DNA of 51,602 bases from Trichoplax sp. H2 (taxonomy: Eukaryota), in assembly GCA_003344405.1 (NCBI GenBank), contig NOWV01000313.1:1-51602 (forward strand), written 5' to 3'. The position numbers were made by a program, and so were the translations under genes. The notes below the pieces were generated by a model, which was given only the letters and a program-made list of their open reading frames with translations, was not told the origin of the DNA and searched no databases. Positions 51,570 to 51,602 of this stretch are shown piece after piece (the first letter of the stretch is position 1; the number at the start of each line of letters is the position of its first letter).

Positions 51570-51602
51570 TTGACATACGACTAGCTACAACAATTCATGT
51601 CC

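Overview
AT-rich eukaryotic (animal) genomic DNA with short GT-AG introns. The gene style is compatible with a placozoan such as Trichoplax; that is inference only. The window holds one clear gene, mostly invisible in the ORF track: a 53-exon, + strand leucine-rich-repeat GPCR (LGR, type C / RXFP-GRL101-like) at 9480-30382. Manual splicing gives 5157 nt of CDS (about 1718 aa): signal peptide, one atypical LDLa module, linker, LRR N-cap, 48 single-LRR phase-2 exons, then a hinge, 7TM and tail in one terminal exon. Flanks and introns carry many short LTR-like elements. Five have perfect 5-bp target-site duplications, two have degenerate ones, and one is nested and contains a 22-bp tandem repeat. 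Many have hairpins at both termini. A 20-N gap is flanked by a 170-bp duplication, probably two haplotypes. The 21 kb downstream has no supportable gene, only weak traces of decayed LRR-coding sequence.
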